Part shown: in pieces, positions 1 to 9,069 of the stretch | Position numbering within the stretch: the stretch's first letter is position 1 | Layout of the letters: every line of letters begins with the position of its first letter | Source: an uncultured Chloroflexota bacterium | GTDB lineage: Bacteria; Chloroflexota; Dehalococcoidia; CAUJGQ01 | Direction of reading: 5' to 3' | Length of the DNA stretch: 64,000 nt | NCBI GenBank assembly: GCA_937879875.1 | Contig: CALFMN010000154.1 | Span: 2,071-66,070 of the forward strand | Notes under the pieces: generated by a model | Databases searched by the model: none | Seen by the model: only the letters and a program-made list of their open reading frames with translations | What the model was told of the DNA's origin: nothing | Position numbers and translations under genes: made by a program

Positions 1-830
1 CGGGCGCGCCACTCGACCACGGGCAACGCCAGCAGCTCGGCCAGCCGCAGCAGGCCGTGGAAGCCCGCCGCCGTGCGCCCACTGGCGCCGGTGATCACCA
101 GCGGCCGTTCGCTTTGAACGAGCCGGCGGGCTACGTCGCGCAGCGCATCCGGATCGCCCGCGCCCAGCCGTACGGGCGGCGCCGTTTGCGGGCGGCCGCC
201 GCCCGCCGCGGGGGCGCCGTTCGCCGGTGCATTCTGCATCAGCACCTCGCGCGGCAGGGTCAGATAGACCGGACCGGCCGGGTCACTGGCGGCGATCTGC
301 AAGGCGCGTGCCACGACCTCGCCGATCTGCTCGGCGCGGCGCAGCTCGTAGTCCCACTTCACGTAGTTGCGCACGATGCCGTGCTGGTCCATCTGCTCCT
401 GCAGCCAGTGGATGTAGCCGTCGCGGTGGCCGCGCAATGCCGGATCGGTGGTGTAGGGCGCGCGGCCGGCGCAGATTAGCACGGCGGCGTGGCCGCGCTG
501 CGCGTCGTGCAGCGTGCCCCCCAGGTTCTGCGTGCCCACGTCGACGTGCACCATCACCGCCTGCGGCCGGCCCGTGGCGGCGTAGTAGCCGTGCGCCGCG
601 GCCAGCGCCACGACCTCGAACAGGCAGAGCACGGTGCGCGGTGCGGGCTTGCCCAGCGCGGCGCACTTGGCCAGCGCTTCCTGCACTGGAAAGGTATCGG
701 TCCCGGGGTTGAGAAAGAGGCACTCGACGCCGTGCGCGATCAGCGCCTCGACGAACGCCTCGGCCGTCTCGGCGGCCCGCTCTGCCAGCGCCGTGCCCGT
801 GGAAGGGCTCGTCGGTCTGCTCTCTGCCAT
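1..830 (-). CDS. Thiamine pyrophosphate-dependent enzyme (acetolactate synthase/benzoylformate decarboxylase-like), 5' complete, truncated by window edge
   Basis: The reverse-strand frame from ATG at 828-830 is open to position 1. The translation MAESRPTSPSTGTALAERAAETAEAFVEALIAHGVECLFLNPGTDT...VYLTLPREV matches the TPP-enzyme N-terminal pyrimidine-binding domain. A GGAGGA ribosome-binding site lies 6 nt upstream. The ORF is not in the track because it runs off the window. Confidence 0.65.
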   Translation of the reverse strand, partial: MAESRPTSPSTGTALAERAAETAEAFVEALIAHGVECLFLNPGTDTFPVQEALAKCAALGKPAPRTVLCLFEVVALAAAHGYYAATGRPQAVMVHVDVGTQNLGGTLHDAQRGHAAVLICAGRAPYTTDPALRGHRDGYIHWLQEQMDQHGIVRNYVKWDYELRRAEQIGEVVARALQIAASDPAGPVYLTLPREVLMQNAPANGAPAAGGGRPQTAPPVRLGAGDPDALRDVARRLVQSERPLVITGASGRTAAGFHGLLRLAELLALPVVEWRA

Positions 831-1201
831 CGCGCATCCTCCGCTGATCGGGGCATAGCGTACAGGAGAATGCGAGCGAATGGGGGATCGGTGGGCGCGG
901 TTCGTTTCGTCAGCGCCGTCCAAGCATCGAACGCTTCTGGCCGATCCGGGTGCGCAGCGCCCATCTGCCAATTGGGCCACCACTCACGAAGGCCGGGCGG
1001 TTTTGAGACGTTGCTTGTCTGACGAGTATTCTTACTGGCCACTGAACGTGACGGCTAACCGCTCGGTGCACCAGTTCGGGTTGTCAGAAAAACTGTCCTT
1101 TCTGAGAAGGCGACCAGGATCCCAAAACGAGCACTCGCTCAGGCGTGGGTGGCCGCTGCCTGCGCTGCGGGTCCTCGGGGAGCTGTGCGCCGACCACGCG
1201 C

Positions 1202-2164
1202 TCAGGGCTGCACAACGATCGCGAGGTAAAAGGCCGGCGAGCTCGGGAACAAGCCCACGCATGGCGGGTGCGCAGTGGTGCACGCCGGCGGGTCGGGGGG
1301 AATGCTCAGCGTCGTCTCGCCGGGCTGCACCGCTTTGTACACCCTGTTTCGCGTGTCACCGATGGCACGCAGCACCGCTGGGTCGTTGAACAACGGCGCC
1401 TGGGTGTACGGCGGCCCGAGCCGCAGCACGATCTGCTCACCGACGCGGAGGGAGAGCGTCGTGCCATTGTCGGCCTGGGTGACGATGCGGGGTTGCTTGG
1501 CCGTCGTGCTCGGCGTGGCTATGGCTGCAGGGCTCGCGCTCGCGGAGATGGGGGCCGTCCCGGTCGCGGGCATGGTCGCGGTGACGGACAGGGTGATCGT
1601 AGGGGTACCCGCCGCGCCACTGAAGACGGTGCGGTCCTCGATCTGTTGCAGCAGTTGCAACGCTGGCCGCAAGGGCTTCACGGCCATGGCTGCCGCGGTG
1701 TTTTGCGTGGGAATGCCGTTATACGGGAGGTCCACCCTCTGCCCGTTGTACGTGAGGACACAGCCACTCCCTAGCGAGTTGGGAGGCGATGCACGGCCAA
1801 GCCCTGGCACATCGGCCGCGGCGAGCCGCTTGGCCAGCTCGGCGACGCTGGCCGGGTCGACGAGGTAGAAGTTGTTGGTGACGTCCCAGTCGAGCACGAT
1901 GCCACCGGAGGGTTGTGGTCCGCTGAACCGGTCAATCTCTACCGTTACCCTCCCCGTCCCCGCGCTGCTGCAGTCATAGGTCAGCAGCAAGGCCGAGACA
2001 AGCGCGGGCGTGCCGGGGACACGCGCAGTGCCGGACGGGGCGGTCGGGCGTGTGGCGTTCCTGCTGCTTGTCGCACCGCAGGCCACGGCGAGCGCCAGCG
2101 CGAGCAGCCCAAGTCCGCCCGCCACCGCTAGCGCAGCAGGGCACGACGGACCTGAGCCGCGCAT
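1202..2164 (-). CDS. Putative lipoprotein of unknown function
   Basis: An internal Met of ORF 1202..2509 gives MRGSGPSCPAALAVAGGLGLLALALAVACGATSS, a signal peptide with an LAVAC lipobox. The rest is Ala/Thr/Pro-rich and looks extracytoplasmic. It is co-directional with the kinase cluster. Confidence 0.55.
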   Translation of the reverse strand: MRGSGPSCPAALAVAGGLGLLALALAVACGATSSRNATRPTAPSGTARVPGTPALVSALLLTYDCSSAGTGRVTVEIDRFSGPQPSGGIVLDWDVTNNFYLVDPASVAELAKRLAAADVPGLGRASPPNSLGSGCVLTYNGQRVDLPYNGIPTQNTAAAMAVKPLRPALQLLQQIEDRTVFSGAAGTPTITLSVTATMPATGTAPISASASPAAIATPSTTAKQPRIVTQADNGTTLSLRVGEQIVLRLGPPYTQAPLFNDPAVLRAIGDTRNRVYKAVQPGETTLSIPPDPPACTTAHPPCVGLFPSSPAFYLAIVVQP

Positions 2165-2352
2165 CACGGGCACCGAGCCTGAGCAGGGCCTTGGTCCATC
2201 CACGCCAATTCGTCCAGCAAGCGCGTGCCTGCCAGCCGGGCCTCCACGCCACCAGCGACCAGCCGGGCCACCGCGGCCTCGAACGCTGCTCGCGACACGC
2301 GGGTATGTTCGCCGTAGTAGGTGTCGTCGTGCGGGAGGTAGACCAGTTGCAT
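2164..2352 (-). CDS. Small hypothetical protein (62 aa)
   Basis: MQLVYLPHDDTYYGEH... has a GGAGGA ribosome-binding site 6 nt upstream. Its stop overlaps the lipoprotein start codon (ATGA), which suggests translational coupling. Confidence 0.35.
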   Translation of the reverse strand: MQLVYLPHDDTYYGEHTRVSRAAFEAAVARLVAGGVEARLAGTRLLDELAWMDQGPAQARCP

Positions 2353-2860
2353 TGTCGTCCTCCAACGCGTCCGGCCGGCGCTCCTTGCCGGAGACACGAC
2401 CGGCCTGACGATGCAGTCTTGCGGAAGACGTGGACGTTGCGCTGCTCCTGCTCTGCGTGGCCGTGCGAGCGCGCCCGCTCAGCGGCCAGCTACAGTGAGG
2501 GCCCGCCACCGGGGATCCCAGGGCGGCCCCCGGCTGGGAAGCTGAAGGGAGTGGGGGCCGCGGTCGACTGGAGTATCTGCCAGCGCTGCTCCGGGGTCGG
2601 CCCTGCGCCTACCAGCGCCGTCACTTCTTCGTCATCAGCATCACGAACCTCTTCATGCTGCTTGCTGCCCCGTCCGGCGGGGCTCAATCGCAGCGTAGGG
2701 CGCACAGCACACGGGGGCTTGACAGCGGGCTGTCAGCTTCCTGCCGCGTGCGCAACAAGGCTGTCAGCCTCCGCCTCCTCCGACCCCAACGGCAGAGCGT
2801 GCTGCGCAACGTGGTGGCCGCGCTGGTGGTTTCGTCTGGGACGTGCTACGCCGCCATGGT

Positions 2861-4465
2861 TTACTGTGATGTCGTCGCACAGAGCGGCGCGGTCTGGGCC
2901 GACTCCCCGGCCGCGTTGACCGCCGATACCGTGACGCAGTAGGTCGTGTGCGGCGACAAGTTGCGCAGCGTATAGGCCGGCGTAGCGGCACCGACGCTGG
3001 CGATGAACGCGCCGCTCTGGCCGTCGTAGACGCGGTAACTGGCGACAGCTGGCCCGCCCTGGTCCCAGTCAAACTGAATGCTCGTTGGTCCCAGCGTTGT
3101 GTACCGCAGCCCGGTCGGTACCGCTGGCGGGCCGGCGGCGTTGCCTTGCGGGTGCGTTGAGGAGACGAAGAAGCACAGCTTGTAGGCGGTGTTGGGCTGC
3201 AGGTTCAGGTACCCCTGCGTGTCCGGCACGCTGGGGCCCTCGGATTGCAGGTGCACCAGGTAGAGGCCCGCCGGCAGGTCGAGGCTGCCCGCATCGGTCG
3301 CGGCAGCGCTGCAGCCCTGCGCGGCGTGCTGCGCTGGGTCGTACTCCGGACAGGTGCCACAGCCGCGCAATTGTCCGCCGTAGGGGGCTACGCCGGCGAG
3401 ATTGCTGTTGGTCGCGAGATCGACCTGCTGGAGGGCGGCGATCAGCGGGTAGGGACTGTCGTCCACCACGTCCAACTCCGCATCGCCGGTGCCTGCAAAG
3501 GGCTGTGGGTTGCAGCAGGCCGGGAACTGGATGGGGGTAACGTCCCCCTGGTCGGTGATGGTGACGGCCTGGTCTGTCGTGGTATCGTTGCAGGCCCAGG
3601 CGCCGCGGCCGATGCCCAGCAACGTCTGCTGCGTGTAGCTGTCGGTCAGCGGCGTGTAGACGTACACGCGGCTGGCGCCCGATACCCGAGCGGAGGCGTT
3701 CACGCTGGGGTTGCCGATCATCGCGCACTTGCCGGCCGGCAAGGTGAGGCCGACCGAGGTTTCTGGGCTCGGCGTCAGGCGGAACACCGTCTGCTTGGGC
3801 GTGTAGACCCAGTAGCCGGCACCGGCCTGGAGGTGCTGGAGGTCGGTGGTGCGATAGTCGCTGTCCGTGGGCCCGAAGGTGTAGAGTGTCGGGCTGACCG
3901 AGGACGTCGTGGAGAGCGAGAACGAGGCAGCGTTGCCGAACGACAGCAGGTTCCAGCCGGCGGGGACGTAGACCACGCTGCCTGCCGGCGCCGGCGCTTG
4001 TCCCGGCGTGCTTGGTAGGGTGGCCGCTGGCGGTGTGGCCGCGCAGGCGAGCAGCACATTCCCGCTCACGACCGGCTGCTGCGCAACGCTGAGCGTGAAG
4101 GTGTAGTGACCGGGCGGCAGCGGCGCAGCGATGAAGAACCAGACGACCCCCGCCGCCTGGTTCTCCGGGAAGTCCGTATCGCTAATCGCCTGGCTCTCGA
4201 ACGTCCAGTGGCCGGAGAGCGCGGCAGGCACCGGGAGCTGCGCGTAGCGCACGAAGACGTCGATCTCGGCGGGTGCGCAGGCTTGCAGCGTGCCACCGGG
4301 AGAGACGACATCCGGTGGCGGGCCACCACCCGGTCCACGCGTGGTGGCGAAGCCGAGAAGGCTAAAGGCCGGTGCTGGTGCGCCCGTTTGTGCGTGTGCA
4401 TGCGGCGACGCGGCCAGCAGCGCGATGCTCGCGACGGCGATCAACACGGTGCGTGTGCTGCGCAT
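2861..4465 (-). CDS. Secreted protein with C-terminal fibronectin type III domain
   Basis: Signal peptide MRSTRTVLIAVASIALLAASPHAHAQ follows an AAGGAG ribosome-binding site. The C-terminus (PAVPTGLRYTTLGPTSIQFDWDQ...YCVTVSAVNAAGES) is typical of an Fn3 domain. Pairs of Cys suggest disulfides. Confidence 0.65.
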   Translation of the reverse strand: MRSTRTVLIAVASIALLAASPHAHAQTGAPAPAFSLLGFATTRGPGGGPPPDVVSPGGTLQACAPAEIDVFVRYAQLPVPAALSGHWTFESQAISDTDFPENQAAGVVWFFIAAPLPPGHYTFTLSVAQQPVVSGNVLLACAATPPAATLPSTPGQAPAPAGSVVYVPAGWNLLSFGNAASFSLSTTSSVSPTLYTFGPTDSDYRTTDLQHLQAGAGYWVYTPKQTVFRLTPSPETSVGLTLPAGKCAMIGNPSVNASARVSGASRVYVYTPLTDSYTQQTLLGIGRGAWACNDTTTDQAVTITDQGDVTPIQFPACCNPQPFAGTGDAELDVVDDSPYPLIAALQQVDLATNSNLAGVAPYGGQLRGCGTCPEYDPAQHAAQGCSAAATDAGSLDLPAGLYLVHLQSEGPSVPDTQGYLNLQPNTAYKLCFFVSSTHPQGNAAGPPAVPTGLRYTTLGPTSIQFDWDQGGPAVASYRVYDGQSGAFIASVGAATPAYTLRNLSPHTTYCVTVSAVNAAGESAQTAPLCATTSQ

Positions 4466-4530
4466 GCCCGTCTCCTTGATGCCGAACGACAGCAGGTTCC
4501 TGCGGCGGGTTGGAGTGCCTGCACGTGCGC

Positions 4531-6852
4531 TCACTCAGGACCCAGCGCTTGGGGTGGAATCGTGGCGGCCGGCGCTGGCGGCGGGCCTGTGCCGGGTTGC
4601 GGCGGGATCGTCGCGACCGGTGCAGGTACCTGAGCCGGCTGCGGCGGGGGCGGTAGGGAGGTCGTCGGCACACGGGCCGGCTGCACGGGCGGCGAGGTCG
4701 TGCTGCCGCCCCCACCGGTGTTCGCCGGTGCCGTGATGTGCACGGGCGCCGGCGGTGCCACCGAAGGAGCTGGCGCTGGGGTCGGTGCCTTCCGCGCCGC
4801 GGCGGCGCTTGAGTGCACGCTCGCCGCCGTGGCGAGTGCACCCAGCGGGTCGGCCACGGCAAGAGAGCTCGCCACGAACGTCACGCTCACATCATCCCCC
4901 GCCGCGAGGTCGTCGAAGCGTACCTGCGCGTCGAACGTCGTGCCGTCGCCCACGGCCGCGGCCGCCGTGCGCCCGTCCGCACAGGTCCATTGCAGCGCCT
5001 TGCCTGTCGCGCTGTGTGTGCTGGCGGTGAGCGTGCCGCTCGTGCAGTTCGGTGTAAGCTGCTCGCTGCCCGCCTGAAGGGTGCCGCCCTGCCAGGTGAG
5101 CAGCAGGCTCAGCTGCCCCGTGGGCTGGTCGTACTGTGGGTTCAAGCCGCTGGACGGCGGCGGATAGGCGTTCTCCGCCACGCCGACCGTCGCCGGCTGC
5201 CCGTCCGCGAGGTTAAGCGCGGCGTCCGGCGTGGTGGTGAGGTCAGCGAGGAGCGTGCCTTGCCGCCGCGCTGTATCCCACGCCAGCACGGTCAGACGCT
5301 GGCGGCGGCCGTCGAGTGTCACGGCGCTGAGGACCTGTGGTGCGCTGCCCTGTTCGAGCGAGCGCACCGCGTGCAGGGCCAGCGCCGGGTAACAGGTGCT
5401 ATCCGAACTTCGGTGCACGGGCGGCAGGAGGACGTTGTCGTGTGGCACGGCCGTCGCATCCCAAACGCGGATCCAGGTGCCGTCGGCAGCCGGGTGGAAG
5501 AGGTCGAGGTACGGCTGCGGACATCCATCCGCACCGGGCGCCTGGCTGAACAGGACGATCGTGCCGGGCCCGTTCCCCTCGGCGAGCAGGCCGCGTTGCA
5601 CGAGCTGGGCGCCGGGGCGCAGGAGCGCCGCGTCGGGCACCGCTGCTGCCGACAGTGGCGTCGGGGTCGGCGTCGGGGTCGGCGGCGGTGCCGGTGTGCC
5701 GGCCGATCCTTCCGTTGTGTCCGATGGTGTCGGAGCCGGTCGTTGCGCCGTGATCGGTGTGGGCCGGGCGCCCGCCCCGCCGGCGAGCCAATGCGTGCTC
5801 GCGATGGTGCCGGCGAGCACAAGGAGGAGTGCTGCCCCAGCGATGCTCGCCACGCGGCGGCGGTCCCGTGCGAGTGCCCCGCCCAGGTCGCCTGCTCGCT
5901 GGGTCGTTGCCGGTACAGGAGGCTCGCCGCGCGGGAGCGCTTCGGTGGGGGTGACCTCCACGGGCGGTTCGGGCAGCAGGGTCGCTACCGCTGGCGGTTC
6001 ATGCAAGAGCGGCAGCGTGCGTGATGGGAATGGCGGTGCCGGCCCGGCGGGTCGCAGTGCTGCGGCAAGGGCGGTGGCTGAAGCAGGGCGCGCGGCCGGG
6101 TCTTTGCTGAGCGCAGCCGCAATAACCGCATAAACGGCGTCGGGCAGCCCTGGGCGGATCTCCCGCAGGGGCGGTGGCGGCGTGTACACATGGGCGAACA
6201 GGACCTGCTCGGTGGGGCCGCTGAAGGGCGGCCGACCGCCGAGCAGCCGGTAGGCGAGCACCCCAAGTGCGTAGAGGTCTGTTTCTGGTCCGATCCGACC
6301 ACCACGAATCTGCTCCGGCGCCATCGCCTCCGGCGTGCCGACGATGTGCCCGGTCGGCGTGTCGCCCGGCTGCTCCAGGACAGAGGCGATACCCAGGTCC
6401 ATGAGCACCACCCGCCCGTCTTCTTGCTCCACGATCACGTTGGCGGCCTTGACATCGCGGTGGACGATGCCGTGGTCGTGGAGGTAGTCCAGGGCAGCCC
6501 CGAGCGGCGCCAGGACCGCCGCGACCTGGGCCAGGTCCAGCCCCTGCCCCGGCGCCAGCAGCCGGGCGAGCGTCTCACCCAACAGGAGCTCCATCGTGAA
6601 AAACGGCGCTCCGTCCAGGGCGCTCACGTCGAACACGGTGACGATATGCGGGTGGCGGAGCCGGGCGAGCCGGCGGGCCTCAGCCCGAAAGCGGGTTGTG
6701 GCCTGAGGGTCGGCGGCGATGTGTGGGTGCAGGAGCTTGAGCGCCACGTCCCGCCCCAGCATGCGGTCGGTGGCGCGGTACACCGTGGCGAAGCCGCCGC
6801 GTCCGAGGACGGCGTGGATGTCGTAGCGCTCAAACTGCGGCGGGGCGCCCAT
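4531..6852 (-). CDS. Hanks-type serine/threonine protein kinase, single-pass membrane, large Pro-rich extracellular region
   Basis: Motifs present: glycine loop GRGGFATVY, VALK, catalytic loop HRDVKAANV, DLG, GTPEAMAPE. A TM segment ALLLVLAGTIAS is followed by about 420 aa of extracytoplasmic sequence with PTPTPTP linkers. Confidence 0.9.
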   Translation of the reverse strand: MGAPPQFERYDIHAVLGRGGFATVYRATDRMLGRDVALKLLHPHIAADPQATTRFRAEARRLARLRHPHIVTVFDVSALDGAPFFTMELLLGETLARLLAPGQGLDLAQVAAVLAPLGAALDYLHDHGIVHRDVKAANVIVEQEDGRVVLMDLGIASVLEQPGDTPTGHIVGTPEAMAPEQIRGGRIGPETDLYALGVLAYRLLGGRPPFSGPTEQVLFAHVYTPPPPLREIRPGLPDAVYAVIAAALSKDPAARPASATALAAALRPAGPAPPFPSRTLPLLHEPPAVATLLPEPPVEVTPTEALPRGEPPVPATTQRAGDLGGALARDRRRVASIAGAALLLVLAGTIASTHWLAGGAGARPTPITAQRPAPTPSDTTEGSAGTPAPPPTPTPTPTPLSAAAVPDAALLRPGAQLVQRGLLAEGNGPGTIVLFSQAPGADGCPQPYLDLFHPAADGTWIRVWDATAVPHDNVLLPPVHRSSDSTCYPALALHAVRSLEQGSAPQVLSAVTLDGRRQRLTVLAWDTARRQGTLLADLTTTPDAALNLADGQPATVGVAENAYPPPSSGLNPQYDQPTGQLSLLLTWQGGTLQAGSEQLTPNCTSGTLTASTHSATGKALQWTCADGRTAAAAVGDGTTFDAQVRFDDLAAGDDVSVTFVASSLAVADPLGALATAASVHSSAAAARKAPTPAPAPSVAPPAPVHITAPANTGGGGSTTSPPVQPARVPTTSLPPPPQPAQVPAPVATIPPQPGTGPPPAPAATIPPQALGPE

Positions 6853-6854
6853 GA

Positions 6855-7544
6855 CTACCCGCTCTCCAGCGCACGCGGCGGCTCAGCCGCTGCGAGGCGA
6901 TAACCCAGCCCGCGCACGGTATGCAGGAACCGCGGGTTGTCGGCGTCGTCGCCCAGCTTGCGGCGCAGGCGGGAGATGATCTGCATCAGCGTCTCGTCCG
7001 CTACAGCCCCCTGCGCCTCCGGCCACAGGTGCTGCGCCAGCGCTTCCTTCGTTACTAACGCCGCGCGTTCGCGGTGGAGCAGCAGCAGCGTGCGGTACTC
7101 CTGCGCCGTGAGCTGGATCTGGCGTCCCCCGACCCAGACGGACGCACTCGCGAGGTCCAGCCGCAGGCCGTCCTCGTCAGCCTGGGCTGGCGTCCAGTCG
7201 GTGGTTTCGTCGGTTTCGAAGACGAGCCGCTGGCCCCCGAGCAGCAGGACGTCTCCGTCACGCAAAGAGTGCGGAGCAGCCAAGCGGGCACCGTTGAGGT
7301 AGGTCCCGTTCCTGCTGCCCAGGTCCTGCAATACGTACTGCTGCCCGTCCCACACCACCGCCGCGTGGCGCCGGGAGCTGCCCTTGCTGGTCAGCACGAT
7401 CGCGTTCTGCGGGTCCCGCCCGAGCGTGGTCGTCGCCGCGACGAGATCGTGCCGGGACCCGCCGTCGCGCCCATTCTGGTCAACCAGGTACGCCGTCACT
7501 CTGGTATCCCCAACGCCGGCCCCGCCGTGGATGGCGCGCGGCAC
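6855..7544 (-). CDS. FHA domain protein fused to OmpR/PhoB-type winged-helix DNA-binding domain
   Basis: The N-terminal FHA core is TLGRDPQNAIVLTSKGSSRRHAAVV...GSRNGTYLNG. The C-terminus LTAQEYRTLLLLHRERAALVTKEAL...FLHTVRGLGYRL is trans_reg_C-like. It abuts the kinase start with a 3-bp gap. Confidence 0.75.
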   Translation of the reverse strand: MPRAIHGGAGVGDTRVTAYLVDQNGRDGGSRHDLVAATTTLGRDPQNAIVLTSKGSSRRHAAVVWDGQQYVLQDLGSRNGTYLNGARLAAPHSLRDGDVLLLGGQRLVFETDETTDWTPAQADEDGLRLDLASASVWVGGRQIQLTAQEYRTLLLLHRERAALVTKEALAQHLWPEAQGAVADETLMQIISRLRRKLGDDADNPRFLHTVRGLGYRLAAAEPPRALESG

Positions 7545-7688
7545 CGTTGCACCTGGGCTCCATGCTGACAGTTCTGTCAGCTAACAGATAGCAGCATGCA
7601 TGCGCGTTGTCCAGCCCTGCCGGGCACGGAACGCTGACAAGGCTGACAGCCGGCGGAGAGGAACCTGGTAGCTGCCTGTCAAGCATCC

Positions 7689-7760
7689 GGCTGCGCGGCA
7701 CGCCACACTCAGAGTGAGCCCCACACCAGACGGGGCAGCACGCAGACGGAGGAACGAGCC
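7689..7760 (+). repeat. Leader repeat copy 1 (TGCGCGGCACGCCACAC...AGAGTGA...GGAGGAACGAG) preceding small ORF
   Basis: It is near-identical to 7921..7970. Copy 1 carries an extra insertion of about 24 nt. Both end in the same ribosome-binding site and start-codon context. Confidence 0.6.
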
Positions 7761-7907
7761 ATGAACCAGCAATCCCCCATCACGCCTCTGTCCCCTGCGG
7801 GGCAGCAGATACTGGAGATTTTCGGCGAACAAGCGTTGGTCGCGAGTTGGGGCCTCCAACAGCAGCCCCCGGCCGTCATCTACCACGGGGTCCCACGGCT
7901 GCGCTGA
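7761..7907 (+). CDS. Small ORF A, 48 aa (MNQQSPITPLSPAGQQILEIFGEQALVASWGLQQQPPAVIYHGVPRLR)
   Basis: ATG sits 7 nt after GGAGGAACGAG. It has no Cys and no signal peptide. It is too short for the ORF track. Confidence 0.35.
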   Translation: MNQQSPITPLSPAGQQILEIFGEQALVASWGLQQQPPAVIYHGVPRLR

Positions 7908-7920
7908 CGCGCTGCGCCCA

Positions 7921-7970
7921 TGCTGCGCGGCACGCCACACCGAGAGTGAACGCAGAAGGAGGAACGAGTT
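7921..7970 (+). repeat. Leader repeat copy 2
   Basis: GCTGCGCGGCACGCCACACCGAGAGTGAACGCAGAAGGAGGAACGAGTT ATG duplicates the 7689..7760 leader. Confidence 0.6.
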
Positions 7971-8132
7971 ATGCCTCGGGTCGATTTCAGCAGCAACGCA
8001 GGAACACCGCCCCGGCAGGGGCCGGTCGCGTTCCCCGTCCAGCAGAACCCGGTCGCTTTCGGCCTCGGCCCGGGGCCTTACCCGATTCCGGGCGCAGGGC
8101 TGCGCCCGCTCAACCTCATAGTGCCGGGCTGA
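7971..8132 (+). CDS. Small ORF B, 53 aa (MPRVDFSSNAGTPPRQGPVAFPVQQNPVAFGLGPGPYPIPGAGLRPLNLIVPG)
   Basis: It has the same ribosome-binding site and spacing as ORF A. It is Pro/Gly-rich with the repeated motif PVAF. Confidence 0.35.
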   Translation: MPRVDFSSNAGTPPRQGPVAFPVQQNPVAFGLGPGPYPIPGAGLRPLNLIVPG

Positions 8133-8262
8133 CCCCACGCAACATCCAACACCAGCGGCCACGACGTGTGTCCCTGTCAACCAGCTCGCTGCGCTGCGCC
8201 CCAGCGCTGCGGAGCACGGCCATGCGACTGGTCTATCGTCGCGGAGCGTGCGTGCCGGTATC

Positions 8263-9009
8263 TCAGTCTGTGGGAGCGGCGTAGGCCGCCGCCTCGCGCA
8301 TCGGGTTCCAGAGCGTCACGCCGGTGACGTCGTGCTCACGTAGTGCCTGCAGATAGGCAGGGATTTTGCCGCCGATCACGCTGCCGTGGTGGCAGGCAAG
8401 CGTTGCTGGGGCGAGCGCCTCAATTTTGTCGAGCGCTGCGTCCAGGTGGGCACGCGAGGGGAAGATGCCCACCATGCGGTAGGTCGCCAGCATCTCCTCC
8501 GTGAGGTCCTCGTCCGTCACCGCGGGCCGCGGCCCCGGTTGAATAAAGACATCCGAGGTGAAGACCGTGCGCGTGCTCTCGTCGTAGGCGAGCATGCTCT
8601 CCCACTGATGCACGTAGGGCGTGATGAGGAAGCGGAGGCGATGCTGTCCCAGGTCCAACACCGTCTCCTCCTCAACGGGCAGCGGCTCCCGGAGGGCGAA
8701 GTCCGCAAAGCTGGTGATCACGCCGACCGGGCTGCAAACGGCCTGCGCCTGCGGGGCGATGCCGAGGAAGCGATTCAGTGCGCCGCACTCATCCCCCTCG
8801 AAGTGCGGCGCGACGATGTAGCGGAGCTTGTTCAGGTCGATGAGCTTCTGGACTGCCTCCAGGCTTTCGTCGAAGAGCCGGGCGAAGCCGGTCTCTACCA
8901 GCGCCGGCTGGTCGTCCTTGATGACGAAGAAGCTGAAGGTCACGGGAGAATGGGGCACTGCGCTGTTCACCCGGTAGATGTCCGGCGCGACTTCCGCGAT
9001 CGTGGCCAT
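8263..9009 (-). CDS. MBL-fold metallo-hydrolase
   Basis: VAPHFEGDECGALNRF and HHGSVIGG match the HxHxDH-type beta-lactamase fold. The protein is 248 aa. Confidence 0.75.
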   Translation of the reverse strand: MATIAEVAPDIYRVNSAVPHSPVTFSFFVIKDDQPALVETGFARLFDESLEAVQKLIDLNKLRYIVAPHFEGDECGALNRFLGIAPQAQAVCSPVGVITSFADFALREPLPVEEETVLDLGQHRLRFLITPYVHQWESMLAYDESTRTVFTSDVFIQPGPRPAVTDEDLTEEMLATYRMVGIFPSRAHLDAALDKIEALAPATLACHHGSVIGGKIPAYLQALREHDVTGVTLWNPMREAAAYAAPTD

Positions 9010-9043
9010 GGCACTCCTCCTCGTCTGCCACCTGCTACGGTAG

Positions 9044-9069
9044 ATTAGTGCACAGTACTGTGCACTAAT
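9044..9069. promoter_or_regulatory. Perfect 26-bp palindrome ATTAGTGCACAGTACTGTGCACTAAT, candidate TetR operator
   Basis: It was read directly from the sequence. It lies in the divergent intergenic region between the MBL gene (-) and the TetR gene (+). Confidence 0.5.

Noticed and set aside
7581-8284. ORFs 7581..8180 - (199 aa) and 7847..8284 + (145 aa)
   Set aside because: They span the intergenic leader-repeat region. No ribosome-binding site, Arg-rich composition, and overlap with the two small ORFs that have strong ribosome-binding sites.
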